Source of the DNA: Blepharisma stoltei ATCC 30299
Taxonomy: Eukaryota; Protista; Ciliophora
Assembly: GCA_965603825.1 (NCBI GenBank)
Contig: CBFDEM010000043.1
Coordinates: 124,001-188,000 of the forward strand
Direction of reading: 5' to 3'
Length of the DNA: 64,000 nt
Every line of letters begins with the position of its first letter. The stretch's first letter is position 1. Both the position numbers and the translations under genes were made by a program. Under the pieces are notes generated by a model. It saw only the letters and a list, made by a program, of their open reading frames with translations, had not been told where the DNA came from and ran no database searches. Of this stretch, positions 24,686-36,000 are shown piece after piece.

Positions 24686-25879
24686 TTATAATGAATTGTT
24701 ACGCTTTCTCTGGCCATTTCTTCTCTGATGGCGGTTTCTTGCTACTTGTGCTTTTGAAGGAATTTGATTATTTGGCCTATCTGGCATAGCACTTCTCCCT
24801 CTTTCAGACTTATCAAGTGTGGAAACTTCTGATAACTCTTTTTCTGTGCTTGAAGGTAGCCTGGTAACTTTTTCATCTTGAGCCCTTGAGGTTACACTGG
24901 TAATTTCTTGTTCAGGCTGGCTGACATTCTGTAAAGCAAGTTTTGGCGGTGTTTTCTTATGGTGGCAGTTTTTAGCTTTTCCATTAGAATCTTCTAGGTA
25001 TCTATATCGGTTTTCCTTTAATGAGTCATCTTCAGCTAGCACTTGTTGTATGGTTCCTCCCGAAATTTGAATTTGGTCTTTTAAGGACCAATATTGTATA
25101 TCTGGGACTTGCTCAGAGCTTTCTATATATTTAAGCTCTTGCTTGATTAATCTTACTTGATTAGAAAACTGCTCATAACTCTGGGTATTAAAATGCTCTC
25201 TTAATGACCCTATTTCTTGTTTAACTCGGCTAGAACTATCTACAACCTTCATTACTTTTGCTTTTGTTTTCTCTAGCAATTTTCCTTGCTCTTCCATGCA
25301 TTTCAAAAGAGCTGCAATTTGATCTTTTTTCCTTTGCTGCAAAACTTTGATTGCAGAATCATATTCATTGCTTATTTTTGCCATTTCTTTATCATAGAAA
25401 TCTTTAAAACTTTTCTCAGTTTTTTCCAAATTTTTAGCTATTTCATCGATTTCTTCATATCTGAACTCAAACGCTTCTTCAATTTCATTCATTTCCTGTC
25501 TGATCATATTTACGCTTATCGAAAAGGCTACAACGTTATGCCCGGATCCTGTGTGCTCTATAATACATTCTGAGCATAAATATTTTTCATGTGTTTTGCA
25601 TTGAAATTTGATTTTTCGCTTTGGATGTCTAGAACAGCAAACTTCTTTTGGCTTATGTGTAGGCAGATTTGCTAAAATAGCAAAGCAGCAAGGCAACTGA
25701 TAAGGGTTAACATCGTGCCTTGTTTTATCAATAGGGCATACTATATGATCTATCCGTGATTGTTTTATTGTGCACTCTTGGCAAAACACATGACCACACG
25801 GAAGAGAAACTGGCTTATGTGCGCCTTCATTATAAGGCTGAAGACAAAGCCCACATTCAAATACAGAAGCATCTACCAT
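24686..25879 (-). CDS. RING-B-box-coiled-coil (TRIM-like) E3 ligase
   Basis: CGLC...LPCGHVFCQEC...CPID RING; CSRH...CKTH..LCSEC..H..H B-box; coiled coil; disordered tail. Confidence 0.9.
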   Translation of the reverse strand: MVDASVFECGLCLQPYNEGAHKPVSLPCGHVFCQECTIKQSRIDHIVCPIDKTRHDVNPYQLPCCFAILANLPTHKPKEVCCSRHPKRKIKFQCKTHEKYLCSECIIEHTGSGHNVVAFSISVNMIRQEMNEIEEAFEFRYEEIDEIAKNLEKTEKSFKDFYDKEMAKISNEYDSAIKVLQQRKKDQIAALLKCMEEQGKLLEKTKAKVMKVVDSSSRVKQEIGSLREHFNTQSYEQFSNQVRLIKQELKYIESSEQVPDIQYWSLKDQIQISGGTIQQVLAEDDSLKENRYRYLEDSNGKAKNCHHKKTPPKLALQNVSQPEQEITSVTSRAQDEKVTRLPSSTEKELSEVSTLDKSERGRSAMPDRPNNQIPSKAQVARNRHQRRNGQRKRNNSL

Positions 25880-25965
25880 TTTAACGATTACTAAAATGGA
25901 ATTATAACAGCATAGGCAAGCTTTTAAATCTTATTCATATTTATTAGAAAATGTGATAAAAATTT

Positions 25966-26484
25966 ATGAATTTTACGGAAAAGTACCATCCGTCATTATT
26001 GGTAAGCAGAAGACTAAAGAGGAGAAATCATGATATGAAACTGTATGAAATTTTTGATGAGCATAAGAAGTTTGTCTTGAATAAAGAAAAACTATTATTA
26101 TTTAGTCCAAAAAGAACAAAGCATAGAAATGCAAGAGAGACTGAACAAGCATCTGCTGATCTTTCACAAGAGTATCCCTACAAGAAATCAAGCCCAGAAG
26201 TTTGCAAACCATTAAAAATTCCAGTGCATGATCTTATTCGAGAAAGCGGAATGAAAAGGAATTGTGGGCTGAATGAAAATTCTATATACAAAATTACAAC
26301 TGCAAAGATTTGGAAGAAAAATCCTCTACAAATTATGACTGATTATAAATTAATCACCAGACTCAAGAAATTCAAAAGAACTTTTACTCCTAGCCATAGC
26401 AAAAATCCTACAATTAGGTCACTATCTCCATTTCAAGCAACAGTCCCAAAAACTCCTGAAGGCTGGAAATTTACTCCGCTTTAA
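25966..26484 (+). CDS. Hypothetical basic protein
   Basis: 172-aa ATG..TAA ORF. Confidence 0.65.
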   Translation: MNFTEKYHPSLLVSRRLKRRNHDMKLYEIFDEHKKFVLNKEKLLLFSPKRTKHRNARETEQASADLSQEYPYKKSSPEVCKPLKIPVHDLIRESGMKRNCGLNENSIYKITTAKIWKKNPLQIMTDYKLITRLKKFKRTFTPSHSKNPTIRSLSPFQATVPKTPEGWKFTPL

Positions 26485-26491
26485 TAATTAA

Positions 26492-27181
26492 CTATAAAAC
26501 TCTATTAATTGCTATAGCTGAGTTGTAAAGATTGATATGGGTTGTCCATTTGACATCAACTTTGATTTTTTTAGCTGCTTCCCCCTCTTCTTCTTCCTCT
26601 TCTTCAGGGGCAGCGTCCTCATCTTCTTTCACTGTCTGTTTATATTCTCCTGCTACCACGTTTTCATTAGTGAAAACCCACTGTCCTTCTCCATTTGGTT
26701 TATTGTTTTCAAAAATGCCTTTATACAAGACTCCGCTTGGCAGTTCCCAAACTCCTTCAGTCAAACTGCCAGCCCGCCATATGCCTTTAACCTTCATTCC
26801 AGTGTCTTTAAATATATACGTGCCTTTGCCTTCTTTAAGCCCATCTTTCCACCATCCACTATAAGTATCGCCGTTCGGGTACATAAAAACGCCTTCTCCA
26901 TGTCTTTTTCCGCTTTCGAAATACCCATTATAATGGCCTTTTTTGCCATAAGCCATCCTGCCTACTCCATGCTTTAAATTTTCTCTGAAGTCGCCTTCAT
27001 AGACTTGCCCAGTGCTGTACTTATAGGTGCCATAACCGTCACGGATCCCATCTCTGAAATAGCCTTCATATGTGTCGCCGTTAGGATAAATAGCGGTGGC
27101 TCTGCCTGAAAAATCCCTTGAGGATTTTTTCTCTGTGCCGTCTTCCCATATGAACTTGTATTCGATGTCTCCTTCTCCCAT
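26492..27181 (-). CDS. RSPH1: MORN-repeat protein, radial spoke head 1-like
   Basis: Tandem MORN repeats (YEGxF..G.R.G.G.Y) followed by an acidic stretch. Confidence 0.75.
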   Translation of the reverse strand: MGEGDIEYKFIWEDGTEKKSSRDFSGRATAIYPNGDTYEGYFRDGIRDGYGTYKYSTGQVYEGDFRENLKHGVGRMAYGKKGHYNGYFESGKRHGEGVFMYPNGDTYSGWWKDGLKEGKGTYIFKDTGMKVKGIWRAGSLTEGVWELPSGVLYKGIFENNKPNGEGQWVFTNENVVAGEYKQTVKEDEDAAPEEEEEEEGEAAKKIKVDVKWTTHINLYNSAIAINRVL

Positions 27182-27203
27182 ATTAAATTATTAAAATTTC
27201 TAG

Positions 27204-28292
27204 TTAAATAAAGTCATGTGGGTAATTACTATTATTTTCTTCAGGTTTTTGCATTTTACAGAGACTGCAGAGTTTGAGTGAGAGACAGATTAGTCCGAAA
27301 ATAGGCCCGAGGGCGAGCATTAATAGAAAAAGAGGATATAAAATACATACACCAATAATTGCTATTAGAGTTGCTGATATCCCAATTAAAGTCCGTACAA
27401 TCTGCTTAGGAGAAAAATGCCTCCACTTGTCGTCTATTAATAGAAAAATAATAATCGCCATCACTACAATTTCAACCGGAATTGATAAAAATAAGAGCAT
27501 CAAATATAGCCAAATTCTATATTTGTAAAGCTTCCCAGTTCTATTTGCATCACTTGAGGAAAAAAATAAAACAAGGATAATCAATGCACTTATAGGCGCG
27601 AGAATTGGTGATAAAAGCATCCCAAGAATGACAATTCATCGCATCTCTGCTAGAGAATTCCCAAAATAGCACTTCACTCCATGATACCTCGTAAACGGGT
27701 TTCTCCCACATCTCCAGCATCAGATAAATCCACAAATGCAAGTCATATGTGAGCACCCGCCTTGCTTTTCTACCCTTTTTCCACATTTTGGGCAAAATTT
27801 CACATTTTTCTCTCTGACGTATTTTTCGAATTCCACATTGGTTTTATTTTTGCATCTTTCTTTGCCATGTCAAGGCTCATTGCATGTAAAGCAAAAATTT
27901 TTCTTACAAATGCTGCATGTAAGCTTATTTTTTTTGTGTCCTCCAACATCATACCCTTCACAATCCGGCTCTGGGCAAAACTTCAATAAAGGATTTTGTG
28001 ATAATTCTTCACGTTTTTTGAATTTATCATATTTTTCAAGAATTTCTGGAGGCACTATGGTCTCTAAAAACGACCTTTTTAAGACAGTCCCACACTTATC
28101 ATTTGGGCATGTGATTTGTGTTACTTTTGCACAGGAAATTTTATCAGCAAGAAACGCTTTTAAGCATTCAGTACAAAAGGTGTGTCGACAGCCTTCAATT
28201 TCTGAATTTTCCATGGTTTCTTGGTAGCATATAGGACAGGTAAAAAGTTCATCTACATTCTGGTCAGGTATGGATTCATACTCATTACTCAT
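27204..28292 (-). CDS. RBR (RING-IBR-RING) E3 ligase with C-terminal transmembrane helices
   Basis: CPIC...CRHTFCTEC, FCPEPDC...CSIC..FCFTCNEPWH, CPKC...EKQGGCSHMTC.C. TGA 27870, 27720 and 27636 = W; hydrophobic C-terminus. Confidence 0.92.
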
Positions 28293-28314
28293 ATTATTGC
28301 TACCTATTAACTTA

Positions 28315-29427
28315 TTATTTTTTCTTACCAGCAGGCTTCTCAGTGGCTGATGAAGTTTGTGCATCACTGACTTCCATGGCTTTTTGGTATTTCTCATACT
28401 CTTTGCGCTGCTTAGCGATCCTTTCTTCGACCACTTTTTTATCCTTTTCTCTGTTTTGTCGTCCTACAATGATGTCTCTTTTAACTTCATCAAAGCTTTT
28501 TCCTAAAAGCTGAGCGACTTTTCTGATCCTTTCTTCTTCTGATTTAGGCAAGTATTGTTTTTCTGGAGGAAGCGGGTCAACAGCTTTTTCTGTCTTAGGA
28601 GCACGGATTGGTAGACCAAAAGCTGTCCTGTCAATATCTACAGCTCTGGTTACGTCAAATTCGTTATGAAGCCAAGAATCGTACATGATGGTTCTATAGC
28701 CTAAAGCAAACTTGTAAATGATTTGTTTTCTTTTGTCTTTGTACACAGGAGCTATCTCAATTCCATCAGGTAAGCATTTTTCTAAATCAGCGACTGTATA
28801 CTTATCCATTGGGGTGGTCTCTGAAAGATCGGCAAGGAGAACTCGTGGGTATTCAGGAATATAAACGTCAACCCATACAAAATCATCCTTAACGATTAAG
28901 CGGCCTCCACGAATTTTAGGTTCAGAGTTTTCCCAATCGTTGATAGCAACTTTCATAAGCATCCTGTTAGGTCTGCCAGGAATAAAGCGCTGAAAGGTGC
29001 ACCACATTGGCCAGTTCTGATAGATTAAGTGAGTGTCTACATCTTTGCAGAAGACTCGGACTTGATCTTCGTCATCATCAATATTGATATCATAAGGGTC
29101 GACAAATCCATAATCATTTTTGTCACGCATGAGCCTATAGGCATCTTCTAGTGGGTGAACGAGATTTATTTCTGGAAATTCGTCCTTTGCCAAAATGACC
29201 CCAGCTACTTTTCTATGCCTTCATAAATCCCTGATTGTGTTCTCATTTTTTCGAGTTGTCGCGAAAAGCTCTGGTACGTTATCGAAATCAATAGATATAC
29301 GGTCTGACCTTATTTTTTGGAATCTCCTATGTAGCAGCTCTTGGTCTCTATCGAAAAAATCCCCATATTCATCTAAATAGCGATTAGGAGGAAATTTATG
29401 GATTCGCCGAAGTATGGTCTTTATCAT
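28315..29427 (-). CDS. Probable mitochondrial ribosomal protein bL25m (long CTC/bL25 type)
   Basis: Basic presequence-like N-terminus. RKVAGVI, VRVFCKDVDTH, 'KIRGGRL', 'PRVLLADLS...D..TVADL...LPDGI' follow the two-domain bL25/CTC pattern. TGA 29221 = W. Confidence 0.65.
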
Positions 29428-29487
29428 TATATTTAAATGAAAATTAGAAAAATTGACAAAAACTTCGGATAAATTATTAAAATTGCA

Positions 29488-30177
29488 TTAAGTTTCTTTT
29501 TCTGAGGCTCTTCTGGCTGAAATTTGAGGCGATAGTCCTCTCATTGGCGGTCTGTAAACGTCAAAAGAAGTATTTGACCTAAAAGCACTAGGTAAATCAT
29601 AGCTTCCAGGTCCTGGCTTTTCTTCAACTTTGGGCAAAATATTTCACCCTTTTTCACCTTTTCCAAAACTTATATCAGAAAAACTGGAATTTTCGACAAG
29701 CCTATATACAGGATTATAAGTGTCTGGAGGTGGAGAAGATGCTCGGTATTTTATTTCAATTCTTGGGCTAAACGAAAATTTCGGAGCTTTTTTTCCGATA
29801 GGACTATATGGGTTATAAGCTCCTGGCCCAGGCAAATTTTGTGGGACGCCACTTAGGCTTCGTTTGCCAAATGAAGGTGCTCTCTTAGCTAGTTCAAAAC
29901 AAGTAGGAGGATTATAAGCTCCAGGAGCTGGGGAATCTTTGCCTTGGGCACTTTTAAGCTCGTAGCGCCGGCCATATCCAAATGAGCATGATCTTTTGTT
30001 AAAAGTAGTAGGTAAGTTATACATTTCAGAGTTCTCAATCTTGAAGTTTCTGAATCGTGGAGCTTTGCAAAACGATCAATGTGATGTGTCTTTTCCTATA
30101 GAAGTTGGAATAGAAATAGCATTTTCTTTATTTAAATCGCAAGATACAACCCTATTGTGTCTTCTCTTGGAAAACAT
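29488..30177 (-). CDS. SHIPPO/ODF3-like PGP-repeat ciliary protein
   Basis: Repeated PAPGAY/PGPGAY/PPPDTY/PGPGSY with SFG motifs; TGA 30076 and 29644; TAA 29488-29490. Confidence 0.85.
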
Positions 30178-30602
30178 ATTTTTAACTGCTCTAAATTTTA
30201 TTGTTAAAGGAGTCTGAGAAAAAGGGTAACTTGGAAGTGATTAATTGATAATTTTTGTGAATAATGCATATTAGATATTAAATTAAGTTTTATGTTTGCG
30301 ATGTAAGAATTATTAGTATAAAATTATGATAAGGTAATTCTTTCAAATTTTATCTAAATAATAAAATCAAGTAGGAATATCTGATAAAATTAGTTACAAG
30401 ACGCTTCTTAAAAATTAATTATTGAATATTTACTCAATTGAGAATAAAGCCTGCCATATAGATAACTGCAATATTAATCCAAATTGTTTATATTCTTAAA
30501 TATGCTCCATCTCTAGTTTAAATCCATGATATCCTCCTAAAACACCATCTTACGTCACTATTTTTAAAACTAATTTAACTTCAATTTTCTGTTTAATGTG
30601 AA

Positions 30603-31169
30603 TTAGTTAGAAGTTTGAGTCATATTCTTAATCACTATATTGGTTCCTTGCTTAATAGCTTCTTCCTTTGCTATTGTCGCTACTTTTTCCCCAATATCCA
30701 TAGCTTGGCCAATGCTTGCATCAATATCTTCCATATGTTTTTTAAGAACAGGCCTTATTGCTGTTTCATATATTGTTAAAGCTCCACGTGTTTGTGGCGC
30801 AAACAAGAAGATCAAGAACGCAAGCTTAATAGGATAATAAAAGGGAAGCCAGGAAAAGAGAATCTCAGACCAGTCGTCAATAACTTTGAAGATGGCAAAC
30901 ACAACCCAATATGTAAGCCACTGCTTGTCGTCATCGGTTTCGGCTGATTCTATTGCTTTGAAAGACATATAGGCGGGATACAGAATTGCGATAATATCTG
31001 TGATCAGGGAGGCACCTAAGCCAAAAAGCATGCAGATAAGCAAGAGAACACCAGAGCCAGCTACAATATGACCGGTTTCCAATCCAGTCTTTGCTGAAAT
31101 GTCTTTAAGAACTGGCATATTTTTGGTGCGATGGGTCAAGTCTTGCAATATTTTGTTTACTTGTTCCAT
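30603..31169 (-). CDS. REEP/DP1/Yop1 (TB2/HVA22) ER-shaping protein
   Basis: YPAYMSFKAIES..DDKQWLTYWVV, WLPFYY, PQTRGA. Confidence 0.95.
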   Translation of the reverse strand: MEQVNKILQDLTHRTKNMPVLKDISAKTGLETGHIVAGSGVLLLICMLFGLGASLITDIIAILYPAYMSFKAIESAETDDDKQWLTYWVVFAIFKVIDDWSEILFSWLPFYYPIKLAFLIFLFAPQTRGALTIYETAIRPVLKKHMEDIDASIGQAMDIGEKVATIAKEEAIKQGTNIVIKNMTQTSN

Positions 31170-31359
31170 ATTATTATAAGTGAAATTTAAATTGATTTTT
31201 AAGACTCATTTATAGTAAATTGTCATTTGAAGAAATTGGATTAATAATATATGTATCAATTACAATGAATTGACTGGTGAATCGATATTCTATTCTCATT
31301 ATGAAAATGGGATAAAGGCAGATTAGTGGAATTTTATATATTGGTAATATGATAATATA

Positions 31360-31656
31360 TTATAGGTATCGTTGACGAAGAACATCATGGTTTACTCTTG
31401 AGCTAGAAGTTGTGTGTAGTCGGGTCTTTGAAGATGACTTTGCTTTCAAATCGCTTGAACCTCGCTTTTCATAAATTATCGGAAGTGGAGGAAGCTTGCT
31501 ATCGTTTTCTTTTTCTCTTGATTTTGACCTGAAGCTTGGCTTTTGTGATTCTTCTTTTAGAATTTCGTTATAATAGTCATTTGCAATGTTTATCAGTGAT
31601 TTTCGCTTTTCTCTGCTGTTTCTTAAATATTCTTTCAGTTGGCCTATAGGTTCCAT
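31360..31656 (-). CDS. Small hypothetical protein
   Basis: ATG 31656..TAA, 98 aa, coding-like composition within AT-rich flanks. Confidence 0.6.
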   Translation of the reverse strand: MEPIGQLKEYLRNSREKRKSLINIANDYYNEILKEESQKPSFRSKSREKENDSKLPPLPIIYEKRGSSDLKAKSSSKTRLHTTSSSRVNHDVLRQRYL

Positions 31657-32416
31657 TTTAACAGTCTCTAACAAATTATAATAAATTCTAATAGTTAATA
31701 AGTAGATGGCAATAAAAGCAGTTACGAATTGAAAAAAATTATTTTTATACTAAAATATTTAGCATTTTCAGATAAAATTTCGAATTTTATCAGGACTTGA
31801 TTTCCTTTCTGAATTCCTTGTGTTGATTTTTGATTAGAAGTTCTTTATAAGCATCTTTACTTATTTTTTTCCTAATTAATGCATAATTACTGTAACAGTA
31901 GTTTCTTTTTTTATTAAATTAGTCACTTATTTTCCTGCATTTTTTTTAAATGACTACCTACAAAGCTTTAAATATATTTTAAAACATGAAAGGATTCTTT
32001 GGGTAATAGCTTAATAGCAGTTTCTCGGAATTTATTATTCATACCTTTCCAATTAAAATTTTTACCTTATTCCTTTCATCTTGAATCTCTACAAGTAACT
32101 GAAATTATAATAAAAGTATAAACTATCTCAGATTTATACAATTTTTGTAATATTTTGATGACAAACTCTACCATATTAATTTTTTTTATACATATATGAC
32201 CAGAATTAATTTCTATTAAACAGCAATAATTTTTAAACTCCCCACAACCCCTTCCAAATATCCATACAATTAATTTATTTTTGCTAATAATTTTCACCAA
32301 TTTCCCTCAGCATCCTTCTTCCTATCTCATTTTCTCATTAAAATCTCTCTTTTATCTGTTTATAACTATTCTCATTTCAAAATAATTAATTTCATAAAAT
32401 TTATTTTAATTAAGAA

Positions 32417-32776
32417 ATGGGATGCCAGTGCTCTACATTTGATCGCAATAATGAGACCAGGATTGATTTCTCAGAACCCTTCATGGATATTGTAAAAAGC
32501 CAGTCAAGTGAGAATGAGCTTTTGATTTATTCTCGGACAAATTGTGAACAGTCTAAGGCAGCAAAAGCATTATTAAGAAGAAATAAGATCAACTTTGAAT
32601 ATTTTGAGCTCGATAACATGAATGACGAAGGACAAGTTTTTAACGCACTGCAAACGTTGACTGGAAGACAGTCTACACCTTTTGTGTTTGTAAAGGGAAT
32701 ATTCTTTGGGAGTTTAAAAGAGTTGCAGAAATCTCTTGAAAGTGGACAATTAGTGAAAGCGCTTAAACAGGAGTAA
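32417..32776 (+). CDS. Glutaredoxin-like protein (CxxS) with N-terminal MGC acylation motif
   Basis: IYSRTNCEQS, TGRQSTPFVFVKG, G.L.KAL (Grx fold); MGCQCS start. Confidence 0.85.
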   Translation: MGCQCSTFDRNNETRIDFSEPFMDIVKSQSSENELLIYSRTNCEQSKAAKALLRRNKINFEYFELDNMNDEGQVFNALQTLTGRQSTPFVFVKGIFFGSLKELQKSLESGQLVKALKQE

Positions 32777-33088
32777 AAGACGATGTTTATAATACAAATA
32801 ATCAAAATTAGTTTATAAATTTATGAATACCTGCTTGACCTTAAAATATGATATTTTTTGATTTATTTATTTTTAAATTTTTCTTATAAGCAATCTATTT
32901 TCAATAGATTTTCTTAGATTGTGATTGTTCTCTCTAAAATACAAATTCTAATTTTTTTTAAAAAATTTGCTGCCTCTTTTATAAGCCAAAATTGTCTCTT
33001 GTTGAGATTATTGATATTTCTGTCTCAGAATCCATTTGTCAGCAACGGATATAATTGTTTAGTTTAATTAAAGCTAATTTTAATAAAT

Positions 33089-36000
33089 ATGAATTCAGCT
33101 ATAGCAAAAGTTCTGAATAAAGTATTAGGAGATTTTGTTGAAGGATTAAGCTCAGATCAGCTGAATATATCAATGTTCAGCGGTGAAGTTTCACTAAAAA
33201 ACCTCAGACTAAAAAAAGAAGCCCTTCAGAAACTAGGTCTACCATTTAATCTCACATCTGGATTCGTCGGTCGTCTATTTATGAAAATCCCATGAAAATC
33301 TCTTGGCTCAAGCCCTTTGCAAGTTGAAGTAGAAAATGTATTTGCTTTGGTAAATCCTAAACCCCCAACAGAATGAAGTGAATCTAAAGAAAGGGAATCA
33401 GCTATAATTAGTAAAGCACTCGCATTAGAAAGTTTTGAAGCTTTAAATTCAAGCTTAGAACTAAATTCTGCTGAGCCTGGGTATATTGAAAAATTGATAT
33501 CAAAAATAATTGACAATTTAATCGTGAACGTAAAAAATATTTACTTGAGATATGATGATTCTGTTAGTTCAATTGAACATTTTTCAGTCGGGGTTATTCT
33601 CAGAGAAATGAAAGCTGAAACTTGTAACTCAAAATGGGTCCCTGAATATGTCCCAGAAAGTAACGTCTGCTTTAAACTGACAACAGTGAAAGGCTTTGCA
33701 TTATTTTTTGATTATGGAAAAGATATGATAAAAATTGAAGAAGACTCAGGAAAAAATTTAGCTGTTGCTTTAGAAGAGCTTGCAAATTTAGAACTTTTGA
33801 CTAATGCAGAGCACAAATATTTGCTTTCTCCAATTGATATCAGAATTGAATTGATTTTATATAAAGATTCAAAAAAGTATGATACACCTCAAGGGTTATT
33901 GACAATACACCAATCTGATGTAGTTTTCAGTGTTTTTCCAGGGCAGCTGACCCATGTTTTGAAGCTTGTTGAATTTATTGATTTATTTAAATCTTTCCAA
34001 AAAGGAGTTGAAAGATCAGCTCAAGAGCGAAAATTCACAAAGAATGAAGCTAAAAATTATAGGGAAACTTATAAGAAATGGCGCTCACTAACCATTAATA
34101 AGCCAAAAGAAGCAGAAAAACTTAAAAAAGTGTTAGACGAGCAGGAACAAGGTGTAGATATTGAAGAACTAACGAAGGAAAGAAATAGAGCTTTAAAAGA
34201 AACAGAAATAATTAGAAGAGAGGAAGAAAAAAGAAAAGAAATTGAAGAAATTAAAAATAAACCTATTGAAGGAGGTCTATCAAAATTCAAAGGCTGGTTT
34301 GGAGGAGGAAAATCAGAAGAAGAAAAAAAGAAAGAGCAAGAAGAAAAAAATATGAAAATTAAAAAAGCTGAAGAAGAATTAAAATTAATTTTACAGGAAA
34401 AAGAGCAGGTTAGTGATTATGTAGAAATGAGTGGAGCTATGCCTGTATCACTAAATGGACCTTTGGATTGGGTTCAGTGAAGAGTTCTTTTTGATGTGAA
34501 AAGCTCTAAGCTTATAATTTTTGACGAAAATACAGAAATGCTGTCAGGAGAGCTTAGAGATTTTTCTGTTGATTTTGGTTTACGGCCTAACACTTTATAT
34601 GTTTTTCTGAAGTTTGGGACTTTAGTAGTAAATGATAATGTCACAAAAAGTCAAATTTTTCCTGACATCTTCAAAGGTAGTCATTTAGATATACAGTTTG
34701 ATCAATACCCCGTAAATACGCTCAAAGCTTCAGGCGGAGAATCTCTTATCTGTCTTCATCCACAATCCTTATTTTCCATCACAAACGTTTATTTAGGCGC
34801 TCTCACAAAAAATGTAGACGTAAACAAATACCTTTCAGAAGCCTCAGAAAAAACAGGACAAATTATAGAAAAAGGTGACAAATACCTCAAAGATATGATA
34901 AAAACTGGGACTCAACAAAGCATTATACTAGACGTCACTCTAAAATCCCCTATAATTATCATCCCAACAGACAGTAATTCTTTAGAAAAACCATTTTTAG
35001 TCATCGATAACGGTACATTTACAGCTTCAACTTCCATAGAAACATTAGATGGGCTTGATTTTGACCGCTATAACTTTTTAATTAAAAAAGTAAAAGTCTG
35101 CTCAGTCTTGCCATGCGAGTCTGTTGAAAAATGGCATAAAGGTGACATTGAGAATATTTTAGATCCTTTTGACATAGAAATGGTGCTCTTTAATTGTAAA
35201 ATCGCCCAAACAATGGTTCCCAGCATCAGGGTAAAATCAATTATTGACAAAATTATTTTAAAACTGACAGATTCCCAGCTATTGATTTTTATAGAAATTT
35301 TGAATTTATTTAGCAATCAGGAAAAAGTAGAAATAGAAAGGAAAAATGAAGAGATAAAAGAAGACGAAGAATTAATAGAAGGAAAAGGCTTTAAAGATAA
35401 CTTAAAAGAAATTGGAGAAATTCTTAGCATAGCAGCCAATATCAGACTTAATGAAATCCAGCTGAACATTATTGAGAAAAACCTACCTTTAACAAAAATT
35501 GCGATAAATGATATTGATCTCAACGTAAAATCAGATAAATATGGAAACATAGATTTGGATTTTATATTAGAAAAGCTGGCTATTGAAGATTTACGGCCTG
35601 ATATAGAATTTCCTAATGTCGTTTCGAACCCATTAGAATACCAGCGAGAATGAGACACAGATGAAAATACTTCATATGAGAATATGACTCAAGTAAAAAT
35701 TTTTATTCATTTAAAACCCAGAAATGACCAATTAGATGTAGGAGTTCGGCTTAATGACATTCGGTTTGTGGCATGTGCCAGCTATGCTGAATCTCTATTA
35801 AAATTTGCTAGTCACCAATTAAATCAAATACAGCAAGCCAAAAGTGTCCAAGTAAAGGCAAAACCAGTGTCCACCGCCACTACGACTTATCATAGCCGCT
35901 TTTCTGTGCTTTTTTCGAATTTTGAGCTATGGGTTCCTCTAGATCCTTCTAACCCTAAATCAAAAATAGCAAGTTTTTCTCTATCATTATCAACTATTTA

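Noticed and set aside
32076-32300. 74-aa minus-strand ORF and pyrimidine-rich patch
   Set aside because: No ATG start, AT-rich random-like translation, no motif.
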